From: Candidatus Deferrimicrobiaceae bacterium
GTDB lineage: Bacteria > Desulfobacterota > Deferrimicrobia > Deferrimicrobiales > Deferrimicrobiaceae
Reading direction: 5' to 3'
Assembly (NCBI GenBank): GCA_963792415.1
Contig: CAWBVY010000006.1
Coordinates: 128,001 to 192,000 of the forward strand
DNA length: 64,000 bases
A program made the translations under genes and the position numbers. Every line of letters starts with the position of its first letter. Within the stretch, counting starts at the first letter, position 1. Shown here in pieces: positions 9,869 to 20,850 of the stretch. Below the pieces are notes generated by a model. The model worked only from the letters and a program-made list of their open reading frames with translations. It did not search any database and was not told the origin of the DNA.

Positions 9869-11839
9869 TCAAAACGTGATCCCCGCCCACCGCGAGAAGT
9901 AGTTGAGCGCCGCGCCGACCAGCACGGCGAAGGGGAAGATGAAGAGGGACATTCCGATCGCCACCTTCGCTCCGTGTTCCTTGACGATCACGAGGAGATT
10001 CGCGAGGCACGGCATGAAAAGCGTCATGGTGACAAGGCTCACCACCACCTGGAGATGCGTGAGCATCCCCCCCTTCGCCATGCTGTAGAGCCCCGCCGCC
10101 CCGTAATCCCTGCGCAGAAATCCGATCAGGAACGCCTCCGTCGCCTTCGGGGGCAGGTCGAGCAGATGGACGATCAGCGGTTCCGCCGCGGCCTGGATCC
10201 ATTGCATCCATCCCAGTCGGTCGAAGGTGAAGAGAACGAGGGTGCCGACGAGGAAAAGGGGAACCGCCTCCCGCAGGTACCATTCGATCCGCGCCATCGT
10301 TTTTATTCCGAGGTTCCCCAACTGGGGCCAGCGTATGGGCGGAATCTCGAGGATGAAGTCCGACGACTCCCCGGGGATCACCTTCGAGGCGAGGAAACCG
10401 ACGGCGAGGATGACCCCCACCATCAGGCCGACCCAGGTGATCGTCGCGACCGGACCGACGTCCGACAACATCCCGAGAATCACCCCCAGCTGCGCCGAGC
10501 ACGGGACCCCCAGCGCCAGCAGCAGCGTGATGATCACCCGCTCCCTGCGCGTCTCGAGGATCCGCGTGGTCAAGGTCGCCATCGTGTCGCACCCAAGCCC
10601 GAGGATCATCGGAAGCACCGCCTTGCCGTTGCAGCCGATCTTCTTGAAGAGGCGATCCACCATCACCGCGAGACGGGGCAGGTACCCGGAGTCCTCCAGG
10701 ATCCCGAACCCGAGGAAAAAGGTGCCCACGATCGGGAGGACGATTGCGACGGCGTACGACAGGGCCATGGAGATCATCCCGTACGGCCCCACCAGGAAGT
10801 CCCGCAGGAACGGCAAGGGAACGAACCGGTCGAGGATCGCGGCGACGGAGGGGATGACCCAGCGTTCGAAGAACGACTTCTGCAGGAGGTCGACGAGGGT
10901 TCCCGCGCCGAACACCCCGACGAACCCGTAGGCGAGGGCCAGGACGCCCAGCAGGATGGGAAACCCGTAAACGGGGTCCATGGCATACCGGCCGAACGCC
11001 TGCGCGATTTTTCTCGAGGAAGGGGCCGACGCCTCCATCCCGAGATCGACGAGCAACCGGTCGATCCAGGAGAGACGCGCCCGGTTCACGCGGGAGACGA
11101 TCTCCTCTCCCGTCCCCTCGAGGAGCCGGTTCCTTACGTCGTTCATCTCCCGGATCCCGACGGCGGACACGTTCTCCGAGAGCCACGGAACGAGGGAATC
11201 GTCGCCGCACAGGAGCATGATCGCCAGCGCCCTCTTCCCGATCGGCGTTCGCGGCGGGAGGATCCCTTCCATCCGGAGGATGGCCGTTTCGATCGCGTTT
11301 CCGTAGTCGATCCTCACCGAGGACGGGGACGGGTGTTCGAGAAGGGGGAGAAGGCGATCCGTCCCCTTTTTCCGGACCGCTACCGTGGCAACCGCCGGGA
11401 CCCCGAGGCGCTCTTCGAGGGTTTCCAGCCGGGGCATCACCCCCCGCTCCCGCGCTTCGTCCGTCATGTTGACGGCGAGCACGAGCGGAACCTCCATCTC
11501 GGAGAGCTGCGCGGTGATCATCAGGGAGCGGCGCATGTTCTTGGCGTCGCAGACCTGCAGGACCCGCGCGCCGGGTTCCCGCATCAGGATATCCCGCGTG
11601 ACCCGCTCGTCCTCGGACATGGGAAGCAGGGAATACACGCCGGGGGTGTCGATCACCTCGAGCGGGGTCCCCCGGTCGCGCGCCTCCCCGCGTGTGATCT
11701 CCACCGTCGTGCCGGGATAGTTCGAGACGTTCACGTACCGTCCGGTGAGGGCGCCGAAAACGACGCTCTTTCCCACGTTGGGGTTTCCCACCAGGATCAC
11801 GGCGCCCAGCGGTCCGAGGGGGGCCCTTGCGGCGTTCAC
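9869..11839 (-). CDS. feoB: Ferrous iron transporter FeoB
   Basis: GNPNVGKS, NYPGTT, DTPG, NMTD G-motifs; LEDSGYLPR; multi-TM region. GTG 11839 overlaps the fur stop. Confidence 0.96.
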   Translation of the reverse strand: MNAARAPLGPLGAVILVGNPNVGKSVVFGALTGRYVNVSNYPGTTVEITRGEARDRGTPLEVIDTPGVYSLLPMSEDERVTRDILMREPGARVLQVCDAKNMRRSLMITAQLSEMEVPLVLAVNMTDEARERGVMPRLETLEERLGVPAVATVAVRKKGTDRLLPLLEHPSPSSVRIDYGNAIETAILRMEGILPPRTPIGKRALAIMLLCGDDSLVPWLSENVSAVGIREMNDVRNRLLEGTGEEIVSRVNRARLSWIDRLLVDLGMEASAPSSRKIAQAFGRYAMDPVYGFPILLGVLALAYGFVGVFGAGTLVDLLQKSFFERWVIPSVAAILDRFVPLPFLRDFLVGPYGMISMALSYAVAIVLPIVGTFFLGFGILEDSGYLPRLAVMVDRLFKKIGCNGKAVLPMILGLGCDTMATLTTRILETRRERVIITLLLALGVPCSAQLGVILGMLSDVGPVATITWVGLMVGVILAVGFLASKVIPGESSDFILEIPPIRWPQLGNLGIKTMARIEWYLREAVPLFLVGTLVLFTFDRLGWMQWIQAAAEPLIVHLLDLPPKATEAFLIGFLRRDYGAAGLYSMAKGGMLTHLQVVVSLVTMTLFMPCLANLLVIVKEHGAKVAIGMSLFIFPFAVLVGAALNYFSRWAGITF

Positions 11840-12285
11840 CGAGACCTCTCCGGAGCGCCGCCGGAGGCGCATTTCCTGCAGAAACCGTAGATTTCCAGAC
11901 GGTGCGCGGTCGGATGGAACCCGTGCCGCCGGGTCACGAGGTCCTGGAGATTCTCGATCTCCCTGTCCTCGAACTCGATGACCGTTCCGCACTGCCGGCA
12001 GACAAGGTGGTCGTGGTGCGGGGACAGGTTGCTTTCATACCGCCGTGCCCCTTCCCCGAAATCGAGTTCTTTCGCGTATCCGAGCCGTTCGAGGAGCTTC
12101 AGCGTCCGGTAGACCGTCACCGCTCCGATCCCCGGGGCGGTTTCCCGGACGGAGCGCGTGAGTTGATCGATCGTTACGTGATCCCTCGCGCGGAAGAATC
12201 CCTCGATCACGATCGCACGGCTGCGGCTCCTCTTGCCTCCGGCGGCCAGGATCTCGCGGTCGATCCGTTCGAGGAGTCGCTTCAA
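11836..12285 (-). CDS. fur: Ferric uptake regulator
   Basis: TVYRTLKLL, HHDHLVCRQCG, CRKC. Confidence 0.92.
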   Translation of the reverse strand: MKRLLERIDREILAAGGKRSRSRAIVIEGFFRARDHVTIDQLTRSVRETAPGIGAVTVYRTLKLLERLGYAKELDFGEGARRYESNLSPHHDHLVCRQCGTVIEFEDREIENLQDLVTRRHGFHPTAHRLEIYGFCRKCASGGAPERSR

Positions 12286-12309
12286 CGGGCGGGACGCCTT
12301 CCATTATTG

Positions 12310-12356
12310 ATGATGAAATTCGATTTCATCATAGCCCCCGATTCCTTTCCCGTCAA
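12310..12356 (-). promoter_or_regulatory. sigma70 promoter with overlapping Fur-box palindrome
   Basis: TTGACG(12356-12351)-N17-TATGAT(12333-12328); perfect 10-3-10 inverted repeat ATGATGAAAT-TCG-ATTTCATCAT at 12310-12332. Confidence 0.85.
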
Positions 12357-12387
12357 GACGATCCTCCGGCAGGCGACCGGGCGCCCG

Positions 12388-12417
12388 AAATGAAAACGGC
12401 CCCGAAGGGCCGTTTTC
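12388..12417 (-). terminator. Intrinsic terminator after rplQ
   Basis: 11-bp stem GAAAACGGCCC/GGGCCGTTTTC, TTCG loop, T-rich tail on the minus strand. Confidence 0.8.
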
Positions 12418-12450
12418 CGAGGTTCCGATCCGCCGTTCCGGAAAGGGAAT

Positions 12451-13002
12451 CTACCCCTGTCCGCCTTCGGGCGTCTTCTGGGTCTGTGAACGCGAGGAAC
12501 GAGGTTTCGTCGGCTTCGGCGCGGCCGGTTTCGTTTTTTTCGATGCCGGCCTCGAAACCTCCTTCTCTTCCTTCTTCTTCACCGCGGTTTTTGCCGGCGC
12601 CTTCTTCGCGGCCGCTTTTTTCTTCTTACCGCCGACTTTCTTCTCCTCTACCGGCAGGTACTCGATGATCGCCATCTCGGCGCCGTCCCCGACCCGGAAG
12701 CCGGTCCGGACGATCCGGGTGTAGCCGCCCTGCCGCCCGACGAATCGGCCCGCCAGCGTGGCGAACAGCTTGTCGGTCGCCTCCTTGTCGGTCAGGAGGG
12801 AAAAGACCCGGCGGCGCGAATGGAGCGTGCCGGCTTTCCCGAGAGTGATCAGGCGGTCGGCGAGCGGCCGCAGCTCCTTGGCTTTCGAAACGGTGGTCTC
12901 GATCCGCTCGGCGTGAACGAGCGCATTCATCAGGTTCCGCAGCAGCGCCTTGCGGTGCGCGGGCTTCCTTCCAAGTTTCCTGTGGTCGATTCCATGGCGC
13001 AT
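12451..13002 (-). CDS. rplQ: 50S ribosomal protein L17 with Lys-rich C-terminal extension
   Basis: MRHG...KLGR...HRKALLRNL, GGYTRI. Confidence 0.97.
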   Translation of the reverse strand: MRHGIDHRKLGRKPAHRKALLRNLMNALVHAERIETTVSKAKELRPLADRLITLGKAGTLHSRRRVFSLLTDKEATDKLFATLAGRFVGRQGGYTRIVRTGFRVGDGAEMAIIEYLPVEEKKVGGKKKKAAAKKAPAKTAVKKKEEKEVSRPASKKTKPAAPKPTKPRSSRSQTQKTPEGGQG

Positions 13003-13027
13003 AGAAAATCCTCGTTCCTTCGGTTGG

Positions 13028-14035
13028 TCAATCCTCTTTCCGCGGCGGGCTGAACTTTTCCGGGGTGAACTCCTCGATCTTCATTCCGAGCGAGAACCCC
13101 ATCCCGACAAGGACATCCTTGATCTCGTTGAGGCTCTTCTTCCCGAAGTTCTTGGTCTTGAGCATTTCCTGCTCGCTTTTCTGGACAAGCTCGCCGATAT
13201 ACTTGATATCCGCATTCTTCAGGCAATTGTAGGCGCGAACCGAGAGCTCCAGCTCCTCCACCGGCTTGTAGAGATTCTCGTTCGCCCCTCCCTCCTCGAG
13301 CCGCGCCGGCTCGTCCGGGATCTCGGTATCGTCGTCGAAATTGATGAAGACGGTCAACTGGTCCTTCATGATCTTCGCCGCGTAGGCGACCGCGTCGGCG
13401 GGAAGGAGGGAGCCGTCGGTCCAGACCTCGAGGGTCAGGCGGTCATAGTCGGTCTGCTGCCCCACCCGCGCGTTGGTTACCGCGAAATTCACCTTCCGGA
13501 TCGGAGAGAAGATGGCGTCGATGGGAATCGTCCCGATCGGGGAGTTCTCCTCGAGGTTGCGCTCGGCCGGGACGTAGCCCTTCCCCATCCGGACGGTCAT
13601 CTCCATTCGCAGTTTGGCGTTGGCGGAGAGTTCGGCGATGTGGTGGTCCCGGTTGAGGATCTCCACCATCGGGTCCGGGGAGATGTCGGAAGCCTTCACC
13701 CTCCGGGGACCCTTCGCCTCCAGAACGAGCGTACGCTGCTCCGGAGAATGCATCCGGAGTCGGACCTCCTTGAGGTTGAGGACGATGTCGGTGACGTCAT
13801 CCACGACCCCGGTCATCGTTGAGAACTCGTGCTGCACCCCCTCGATCCGGACGGAGGTTATGGCGCCGCCCTGCAGGGAGGACAGGAGGATCCTGCGAAG
13901 CGCGTTCCCGAGGGTGGTTCCGAAGCCCCGCTCGAGAGGCTCGGCCACGAATTTTCCGTAATTGAACGTCGCCGTGTCGGTCTGGACCTCGATGCGGCGA
14001 GGCTTGATCATCTGCTTCCAGTTTCGCTGAAACAT
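13028..14035 (-). CDS. rpoA: RNA polymerase alpha subunit
   Basis: [33 protein letters not shown]. Confidence 0.98.
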   Translation of the reverse strand: MFQRNWKQMIKPRRIEVQTDTATFNYGKFVAEPLERGFGTTLGNALRRILLSSLQGGAITSVRIEGVQHEFSTMTGVVDDVTDIVLNLKEVRLRMHSPEQRTLVLEAKGPRRVKASDISPDPMVEILNRDHHIAELSANAKLRMEMTVRMGKGYVPAERNLEENSPIGTIPIDAIFSPIRKVNFAVTNARVGQQTDYDRLTLEVWTDGSLLPADAVAYAAKIMKDQLTVFINFDDDTEIPDEPARLEEGGANENLYKPVEELELSVRAYNCLKNADIKYIGELVQKSEQEMLKTKNFGKKSLNEIKDVLVGMGFSLGMKIEEFTPEKFSPPRKED

Positions 14036-14065
14036 GCGTCCCCCTTCTCCTGCCCCCAAAGAGTC

Positions 14066-14692
14066 TTACTTCGAGTAGAGCTCGACGATCAACTGTTCCT
14101 GGATCGGCTCCTGGATGTCCGCCCGGGACGGCAGAGTCTTGATCTTCCCACGGAAACTGTCACGCTCGAGCTCTAGCCAGGGCGGAATCCCCTTCCGGAC
14201 CACGGCGTCGAGCGACTCGTTCACGTTCGGGATCTTCCGGCTCTTTTCCCGCAGCTCGAGGACGTCCCCCGAACGGACGAGGAAGGACGGAATATTCACC
14301 TTCTTCCCGTTCACAAGGAAGTGTCCGTGCCGCACGATCTGGCGGCTTTCCCTGCGGGTCGGGGCGAACCCCAGCTTGTAGGCGACGCTGTCCAGGCGGC
14401 GTTCGAGGAGGATCAGCAGGTTCTCGCCGGTCTTCCCCTTCATCCGGTCCGCCTTCTCGAAATAGTTGTGGAACTGGCGCTCCAGCAGACCGTAGATCCG
14501 CTTCGCCTTCTGCTTCTCCCTCAGCTGGACACCGTAGTCGCTATGTTTCGGGCGCCGCTGGCCGTGCTGGCCCGGCGGGTAGCCTCTCCTCTTGATGGCG
14601 CACTTGTCGGTGAAGCAGCGATCTCCCTTTAGATAGAGTTCGACCCCTTCCCGACGACAGAGCCTGCAGACGGCCTCACGATACCTTGCCAA
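14066..14692 (-). CDS. rpsD: 30S ribosomal protein S4
   Basis: MARY...[18 protein letters not shown]. Confidence 0.98.
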   Translation of the reverse strand: MARYREAVCRLCRREGVELYLKGDRCFTDKCAIKRRGYPPGQHGQRRPKHSDYGVQLREKQKAKRIYGLLERQFHNYFEKADRMKGKTGENLLILLERRLDSVAYKLGFAPTRRESRQIVRHGHFLVNGKKVNIPSFLVRSGDVLELREKSRKIPNVNESLDAVVRKGIPPWLELERDSFRGKIKTLPSRADIQEPIQEQLIVELYSK

Positions 14693-14728
14693 AGAAAGTT
14701 TCCTCCTTGTCCCGTTGGGTTGCGGTGG

Positions 14729-15118
14729 TCAGACGCGACGGCGCTTCGGCGGCCGGCATCCGTTGTGCGGGATGGGCGTCACGTCCCGGATGAAGTTCAC
14801 CTTCAAACCGGAGGCCTGCAAGGAGCGAAGCGCGGCCTCGCGGCCGGACCCGGGCCCCTTGATGTGAACGGTCACGGTGTTCACGCCGCTGTCCATCGCC
14901 TTTTTCGCGACTTCCTCGGCGGCCACGGTGGCGGCGAACGGAGTGCTTTTCCTCGATCCCTTGAACCCCTTTGCCCCCGCGCTCGCCCACGCAAGCGTGT
15001 TGCCGTCCGGATCGGTGATCGTGATGATCGTGTTGTTGAAGGTCGCCTGGATGTGGGCCACCCCCACCGGCACGTTCCGGCGGACCTTCCTCTTGCCTTT
15101 CTTTTTCGGCGTTGCCAT
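14729..15118 (-). CDS. rpsK: 30S ribosomal protein S11
   Basis: [29 protein letters not shown]. Confidence 0.98.
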   Translation of the reverse strand: MATPKKKGKRKVRRNVPVGVAHIQATFNNTIITITDPDGNTLAWASAGAKGFKGSRKSTPFAATVAAEEVAKKAMDSGVNTVTVHIKGPGSGREAALRSLQASGLKVNFIRDVTPIPHNGCRPPKRRRV

Positions 15119-15173
15119 CGTTCCTCCGCACCCGCCCCGCGGCGGGGATTATCGCCGGCTGGTTCAGCCGTCC

Positions 15174-15557
15174 TTATTTCTTCGTGGCTTCCTTCTTCTT
15201 TGCGACGGCGCCCTTCCGCGGACCCTTCCGGGTCCGGGCGTTCGTGTGGGTACGCTGACCGCGCGCCGGCAGCCCCTTGCGGTGCCGAAGGCCACGGTAT
15301 GCCCCGAGGTCCATCAACCGCTTGATGTTCATGGATATTTCCTTGCGCAGATCCCCCTCGACGCGAAAATTGGCGTCGATCACGTCCCGGATCCGGGCAA
15401 TCTGGTCCTCGCCCAGCGTCGACGTCCGCAAATCCGGCGAGACGCGCGCCTCCTCGAGGATTCTCATCGCGGATGTCGGGCCGATCCCGTAGATGTACGT
15501 AAGGGCCGTCCCGATCTTCTTCGTCTTAGGAATGTCCACTCCCGCTATGCGTGCCAA
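15174..15557 (-). CDS. rpsM: 30S ribosomal protein S13
   Basis: [29 protein letters not shown]; TTG start. Confidence 0.97.
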   Translation of the reverse strand: MARIAGVDIPKTKKIGTALTYIYGIGPTSAMRILEEARVSPDLRTSTLGEDQIARIRDVIDANFRVEGDLRKEISMNIKRLMDLGAYRGLRHRKGLPARGQRTHTNARTRKGPRKGAVAKKKEATKK

Positions 15558-15603
15558 CCGACTCCTCCTTGATACGATCTGTTGCGGCATCTACCCTGTG
15601 CGT

Positions 15604-15717
15604 CTACCCCTGGCGCTGTTTGTGCTTCGGGTTCACGCAGATCACCCGTACGACGCCCTTCCGACGAATGACCTTGCACTTTACGCAAAACTTTCGCACC
15701 GACGGTCTGACTTTCAT
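15604..15717 (-). CDS. rpmJ: 50S ribosomal protein L36
   Basis: Manual translation [37 protein letters not shown]. Confidence 0.97.
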   Translation of the reverse strand: MKVRPSVRKFCVKCKVIRRKGVVRVICVNPKHKQRQG

Positions 15718-15730
15718 CTTCGTCCCCTCT

Positions 15731-15949
15731 TCACTTCGATCGGTAGGTGATCCGGCCCCGCGTCAGGTCGTACGGGGTCAACTGAACGGTTACCCGATCC
15801 CCCGGCAGGATCTTGATGAAATGCATCCGCATCTTGCCGGAGATGTGCGCGAGCACCTTCATCTTGTTGTCGAGTTCCACCCGGAACATGGCATTCGGCA
15901 ACGGCTCGATCACCGTACCCTCGATTTCTATCGCCTCTTCTTTTGCCAT
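15731..15949 (-). CDS. infA: Translation initiation factor IF-1
   Basis: MAKEEAIE...LPNAMFRV...HISGKMR...PYDLTRGRI. Confidence 0.98.
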   Translation of the reverse strand: MAKEEAIEIEGTVIEPLPNAMFRVELDNKMKVLAHISGKMRMHFIKILPGDRVTVQLTPYDLTRGRITYRSK

Positions 15950-15986
15950 ATTCCTCTTTATATCCAACTATAAATAACTAATAACT

Positions 15987-16736
15987 TCAAGGAAGACTTA
16001 ATACTCGATACCCGTCCTCGGTAACCGCCACCGTGTGCTCGAAGTGCGCCGACCGGGTCCGGTCGCGCGTGACGACCGTCCACCCGTCCGACAGGACCTC
16101 GACGGGCCACCCCCCCGCGTTCACCATCGGTTCGATGGCCAGGGTCATTCCCGGGATCAATTTCGGCCCGACCCCCCTCTTGCCGAAATTCGGGATCTGC
16201 GGTTCCTCGTGCAGCGACCTGCCGATTCCGTGCCCGACGAAGTCGCGCACCACCGAGAATCCTTCGGACTCGACCGTTTCCTGCACGGCCGCCGATACGT
16301 CTCCCAACCGGTTCCCGGGGCGAACCTCCCCGATCCCCGCCTCGAGCGAACGTTTCGTGGCGGTGAGAAGCCTGGAGGAAACCCCGCTCACCGCCCCAAC
16401 GGGAAAGGTCATCGCCGAATCGCCGTAGAAACCGTCACGAACGATCCCGAAATCGATGCTCAGGATGTCGCCCTCCCGGAGAATCCTGTCCTTCGACGGG
16501 ATCCCGTGCACCACCTCTTCGTTGATGGAGGTGCAAAGATGCGCCGCGTACCCCATATATCCCTTGAAGGCGCTTTTAACGCCGTTCCGGGCGATGAACC
16601 GGTCCGCGAACAGCTCAAGCTCCCATGTACTGACCCCGGGGAGAATCAGCGGCCTCACTTCCTCAAAGAACCTGCCTACAACGGCGCCCGCGCGCCGCAT
16701 CACCTCGATCTCGCGAGGCGACTTTACCAGAATCAC
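15987..16736 (-). CDS. map: Methionine aminopeptidase type I
   Basis: VVHGIP, GHGIG...HEEP, AIEPM, SAHFEHT. Confidence 0.96.
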   Translation of the reverse strand: MILVKSPREIEVMRRAGAVVGRFFEEVRPLILPGVSTWELELFADRFIARNGVKSAFKGYMGYAAHLCTSINEEVVHGIPSKDRILREGDILSIDFGIVRDGFYGDSAMTFPVGAVSGVSSRLLTATKRSLEAGIGEVRPGNRLGDVSAAVQETVESEGFSVVRDFVGHGIGRSLHEEPQIPNFGKRGVGPKLIPGMTLAIEPMVNAGGWPVEVLSDGWTVVTRDRTRSAHFEHTVAVTEDGYRVLSLP

Positions 16737-16741
16737 ATCCC

Positions 16742-17386
16742 CTACCGGAGAATCTTCACGATCTCGGCGTAGATGGCGTCGATCTCTCCGGAAGCCATCA
16801 CGGACCGGATTTTCCCTGTGTTCCTGTAATAATCGAGCAGCGGAGCGGTGGCCTTGTTGTAGTTGGCCAACCGGTTCGTGATCGTCTCTTCCTTGTCGTC
16901 GTCCCGCTGGATCAGGGCGGTTGCGCACTTGTCGCACTTCCCCTCGGCCTTGGGGGGGTTGAACTTCACGTGATACATCGCCCCGCAACCGGTGCAGGTC
17001 CGGCGTCCGCACAAACGCTCCATCAGGTCATTCTGGTCGACTTCGAGCGAGAGGACGAAGCGGATCCCCTTCCCCAGCTCCTTCGTCACCCGGTCGAGCG
17101 CCTCGGCCTGCGGGATCGTACGCGGAAATCCGTCGAGAATGAAGCCTTTCCCGCAATCGGGCTCCGCGAGGCGCTCCTTGACGATACCGATGACCACCTC
17201 GTCGGGTACCAGCCCGCCCGCGTCCATGAACGTCTTGGCCTGCCTGCCGAGCGCCGTCCCGTTCTTGACCGCAGCCCGGAGCATGTCCCCGGTGGAGACC
17301 TGCGGGATGTCGAATTCCTGGGTCAACTTCTTGGCCTGGGTCCCTTTCCCCGCGCCGGGGGGGCCCAGAAGGATAATTCCCATCAT
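16742..17386 (-). CDS. adk: Adenylate kinase (Zn-lid type)
   Basis: GPPGAGKGT, STGDMLR, LDGFPRT, CxxC..CxxC lid. Confidence 0.98.
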   Translation of the reverse strand: MMGIILLGPPGAGKGTQAKKLTQEFDIPQVSTGDMLRAAVKNGTALGRQAKTFMDAGGLVPDEVVIGIVKERLAEPDCGKGFILDGFPRTIPQAEALDRVTKELGKGIRFVLSLEVDQNDLMERLCGRRTCTGCGAMYHVKFNPPKAEGKCDKCATALIQRDDDKEETITNRLANYNKATAPLLDYYRNTGKIRSVMASGEIDAIYAEIVKILR

Positions 17387-17390
17387 CGGC

Positions 17391-18698
17391 TTATCCCCTC
17401 CTCCCCTTCATCTGACCCTTCTTGAGGAACCCTTCGTAATGCCGCGTGATCAGGTGCGACTCGATCTGCTGGACCGTATCCATGGCGACACCCACCACGA
17501 TCAGGAGCCCTGTCCCGCCGAAATAGAAGGGGACGTTGAACCGGGCGATGAGGATGCTGGGCAGGACGCAGATGACCGACACGTAGATCGCACCGCCCAG
17601 CGTGATCCGCGTAAGGATCTTGTCGATGTATTCCGCCGTCTTCTTTCCGGGACGGATCCCGGGGACGAATCCTCCGTACTTCTTCATGTTGTCCGCGACG
17701 TCCACCGGATTGAAGGTCACCGCCGTGTAGAAGTAGCAGAAGAAGATGATGAAGGCGACAAAGAGCATCTCGTAGCCGACACTTCCCGGCGTCAGCGCGT
17801 CGGAGATCGTCTTCGTGATCGGGTGCTTGATGAAGCTGGCGATCGTCGCGGGGAAGAGCAGGATGGAGGACGCGAAGATCGGCGGAATGACGCCGGCGGT
17901 ATTCACCTTCAGCGGCAGGTGGGTGCTCTGCCCGCCGTAGACCTTCCGACCCACGATCCTGCGGGCGTACTGCACCGGGATCCGCCGGTGCGCGCGCTCG
18001 AAATAGATGATGACGGCGACGACGGCCACCATGAGCGCCAGCAGGAACAGCCCGGCGAAGAGGTTCATTTCCCCGGTGCGGACCAGGGTGACCGTGCGGA
18101 TCAGGCCGCTCGGGAAGCGGGCCACGATGCCGGCGAAGATGATGAGGGAGATACCGTTGCCGATCCCCCGCTCCGTGATCTGTTCGCCCAGCCACATCAG
18201 GAAGGCCGTCCCGGAGGTGAGCGTGATGACCGTCATGAGCCGGAATGCCCAGCCCGGGTGGTAGACGACGGACCCCGCGCCCGCCGAAACGCTTTCCAGG
18301 CCGACGGCGATCCCCATCCCCTGGATGACGGACAGGACGATCGTTCCGTACCGGGTGTACTGCGTGATTTTCCGCCGGCCGAGCTCCCCTTCCTTCGAAA
18401 GCTTCTCGAGCTGCGGGATGACGACCGTAAGAAGTTGAAGGATGATCGAGGAACTGATGTACGGCATGATGCCGAGAGTGAAGATGGAGAAACGCGCGAG
18501 CGCCCCCCCGGAGAACATGTCGATCATGCCGAATAGGGTGCCCGCCTGGCTGTCGAACACCGCCTTGAGCGCGAGGTTGTCGATCCCCGGCGTCGGGATA
18601 TAGATCCCGATGCGGTAGACGATGAGCAGGAGCCCCGTGACGAGGATCCGCCGCTTGAGCTCGGGGACCCGCGTTATGTTCTGGAAGCTTTCGAACAC
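17391..18698 (-). CDS. secY: Preprotein translocase SecY
   Basis: [34 protein letters not shown]. Confidence 0.98.
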   Translation of the reverse strand: MFESFQNITRVPELKRRILVTGLLLIVYRIGIYIPTPGIDNLALKAVFDSQAGTLFGMIDMFSGGALARFSIFTLGIMPYISSSIILQLLTVVIPQLEKLSKEGELGRRKITQYTRYGTIVLSVIQGMGIAVGLESVSAGAGSVVYHPGWAFRLMTVITLTSGTAFLMWLGEQITERGIGNGISLIIFAGIVARFPSGLIRTVTLVRTGEMNLFAGLFLLALMVAVVAVIIYFERAHRRIPVQYARRIVGRKVYGGQSTHLPLKVNTAGVIPPIFASSILLFPATIASFIKHPITKTISDALTPGSVGYEMLFVAFIIFFCYFYTAVTFNPVDVADNMKKYGGFVPGIRPGKKTAEYIDKILTRITLGGAIYVSVICVLPSILIARFNVPFYFGGTGLLIVVGVAMDTVQQIESHLITRHYEGFLKKGQMKGRRG

Positions 18699-18702
18699 CG
18701 GT

Positions 18703-19143
18703 TCAGACCTCCACGGTCCCGCCGGCGGCGACGACTTTCTCGACGGCGGACTTGCTGGCACGGTCGACCTTCACGGTGAGTTTCCGGGTGACCTCGCCGT
18801 TTCCGAGAAGCTTCACGCCCCCGGGACAGGCGCCTTTCACCAGGCCCTCGCGCCGAAGCGCCTCGGCGTCGACCACTGCGCCCGCCTCGAACCGGTTCAG
18901 TTCCTTCACGTTGACGACCGCCGTCTCTTCCCGGAAGATGTTGACGAACCCGCGTTTCGGGAGCCGTCGCTGGAGGGGCATCTGTCCGCCTTCATATCCG
19001 GGCTTCGTCCCTCCGCCGCTGCGGGCCTTGAGACCCTTGTTTCCCTTGCCGGAGGTCTTCCCGAGCCCGGAGCCTTCGCCCCGCCCGACGCGCTTGCGCG
19101 CGCTTTTCGCCCCTTTTGCGGGGCGAAGATCCGTTAGCTTCAT
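18703..19143 (-). CDS. rplO: 50S ribosomal protein L15
   Basis: [21 protein letters not shown]. Confidence 0.98.
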   Translation of the reverse strand: MKLTDLRPAKGAKSARKRVGRGEGSGLGKTSGKGNKGLKARSGGGTKPGYEGGQMPLQRRLPKRGFVNIFREETAVVNVKELNRFEAGAVVDAEALRREGLVKGACPGGVKLLGNGEVTRKLTVKVDRASKSAVEKVVAAGGTVEV

Positions 19144-19334
19144 GACGTCTCTCCCACCTCTTCCATCCGGACGAGGAACTTGACCTTTTCCACCATCCCG
19201 CGGATCTCCGGCGTGTCCAGCCGGACGACCGGTCGGTTCAGCCGGGTGATCCCGAGTCCCTTCACGACCTTGCGGTGGTATGCGGTTCTTCCGCTCAACC
19301 CCCGCAGGAGAGTGATGCGCAGTTTTCCGCTCAT
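19140..19334 (-). CDS. rpmD: 50S ribosomal protein L30
   Basis: Position in spc operon; GLG...DTPEIRGM. Confidence 0.93.
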   Translation of the reverse strand: MSGKLRITLLRGLSGRTAYHRKVVKGLGITRLNRPVVRLDTPEIRGMVEKVKFLVRMEEVGETS

Positions 19335-19831
19335 GCAGTCGCCTCTTCCTCTCTCGGGCCCCGGACCGCCAGGATCTGCGCAGCGGTCCGCAATTGGGAA
19401 AGCCCCTCGATCGTCGCCTTCACGAGATTGTGAGGATTGTTGCTCCCCAGGGACTTCGTCAGAATGTTCGAGATCCCGCTGGACTCGATCACGGCGCGGA
19501 CCCCGCCGCCCGCGATGACGCCGGTCCCGGGCGAGGCGGGCCGGATGATGACCTTCGATGCTCCGAACTCTCCGGTCACGCCGTGCGGGATGGTGCCATC
19601 TATCAGCGGAACGACGATCAGCGACCGCTTCGCGTTCTGCACCGCCTTGCGGATCGCGTCGGGAACCTCGTTCGCCTTCCCCAGACCCGTCCCGACGTGC
19701 CCGTTGGCGTCGCCAACGACCACGACCGCGCTGAAGGAAAAGCGACGACCGCCTTTAACGACCTTGGCGACCCGACTGATGTGCACGACACGGTCCTTTA
19801 AATCCAGCCCTTCCGGATCGACTCTTTTCAA
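19331..19831 (-). CDS. rpsE: 30S ribosomal protein S5
   Basis: [22 protein letters not shown]; TTG start inferred. Confidence 0.97.
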   Translation of the reverse strand: MKRVDPEGLDLKDRVVHISRVAKVVKGGRRFSFSAVVVVGDANGHVGTGLGKANEVPDAIRKAVQNAKRSLIVVPLIDGTIPHGVTGEFGASKVIIRPASPGTGVIAGGGVRAVIESSGISNILTKSLGSNNPHNLVKATIEGLSQLRTAAQILAVRGPREEEATA

Positions 19832-19871
19832 GCCTTCCTCCCCGTCCCCTCGCGAAAGTGTGCGCTCATTT

Positions 19872-20240
19872 TCAGAATACCAACCCGGATTCCCGGGCTC
19901 CGTCCGCCAGGGCCTTGATCCGCCCATGGTAGAGGAACCCGTTCCGGTCGAACACCACCCGCTGGATGTTTTTTTCCAGTGCCTTTTTCCCGATCCACTG
20001 CCCCACCTTTTTCGCGGCGTCGCTCTTGTCGAGGTCGCCGATCTCCGCCCGCAGATCCGGGGAAAGTGTGGACGCCGCAAGGATGGTCGACCCCGTGGAG
20101 TCGATCACCAACTGGGCGTAGATGTGCTTCGCGCTGCGGAAGACGGACAACCTCGGGCGCTGCTCGGTGCCGAAGATCCGCTTCCGGATCCGGCCTTTCC
20201 GGTTCTGTCGTGCGGTTTCCCGCTGGTTTTTCTGGCTCAT
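19872..20240 (-). CDS. rplR: 50S ribosomal protein L18
   Basis: [20 protein letters not shown]. Confidence 0.98.
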   Translation of the reverse strand: MSQKNQRETARQNRKGRIRKRIFGTEQRPRLSVFRSAKHIYAQLVIDSTGSTILAASTLSPDLRAEIGDLDKSDAAKKVGQWIGKKALEKNIQRVVFDRNGFLYHGRIKALADGARESGLVF

Positions 20241-20280
20241 GGCGTTCGGATCCCCATCGTAAGGAGTTGCACGTTGTCCA

Positions 20281-20814
20281 CTACTTGCCTGCCGCCTTCC
20301 CGACCTTCTTGATCAGACGTTCGCCGCGGTAGCGGATTCCCTTGTTCTTGTAAACGTCCGGCTTCCGGAGCATCCGGACCCGGGCGGCGGTTTCCCCGAG
20401 GACTTCCTTGTCGAACCCGCTCAATTTGATGACGGTGTTCGCCTCGACCTGCGCGGTCACGCCGGCCGGCAGCGGGAAAACGACCGGGTGGGAGTACCCC
20501 AGCGCCAGGTGGAGCGCGCCCCCCTTTGACTCGGCCTTGTAGCCCACGCCGACGATCTCCAGGACCCGCTGAAAGCCGTCCGCGACTCCCTGTACCATGT
20601 TGGCAAGGATCGTCCGGTACATGCCGTAAAGGTTCTCCGCGTCCTTGTCGAGAAGAACGACCGTCGCCGCGCCATCCTTCACTTCCACCGCCAGCTGTCC
20701 CGGGATCGGTCGGGCAAGCTGCCCCAACTTCCCGGTGACGGTCAGCACTCCGTTCATTGCCTCCACCTTGACACCGGCGGGAAGGACCACAGGTCTTTTA
20801 CCGATTCTCGACAT
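20281..20814 (-). CDS. rplF: 50S ribosomal protein L6
   Basis: MSRIGKRP, GVGYKA, LGYSHP. Confidence 0.98.
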   Translation of the reverse strand: MSRIGKRPVVLPAGVKVEAMNGVLTVTGKLGQLARPIPGQLAVEVKDGAATVVLLDKDAENLYGMYRTILANMVQGVADGFQRVLEIVGVGYKAESKGGALHLALGYSHPVVFPLPAGVTAQVEANTVIKLSGFDKEVLGETAARVRMLRKPDVYKNKGIRYRGERLIKKVGKAAGK

Positions 20815-20850
20815 CGTTTCGCTCCTCGTTGGAAAGAACCCGGAGGCCGC

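Noticed and set aside
8300-11890. 1196-aa plus-strand ORF
   Set aside because: Antisense shadow spanning PEGA, dtxR and feoB, with Arg/Pro-rich composition and no domain.
12035-12304. ATG at 12304 as the fur start, implying a frameshift
   Set aside because: A TTG at 12285 with an upstream GGAAGG gives a full-length 149-aa Fur, so no recoding is needed.
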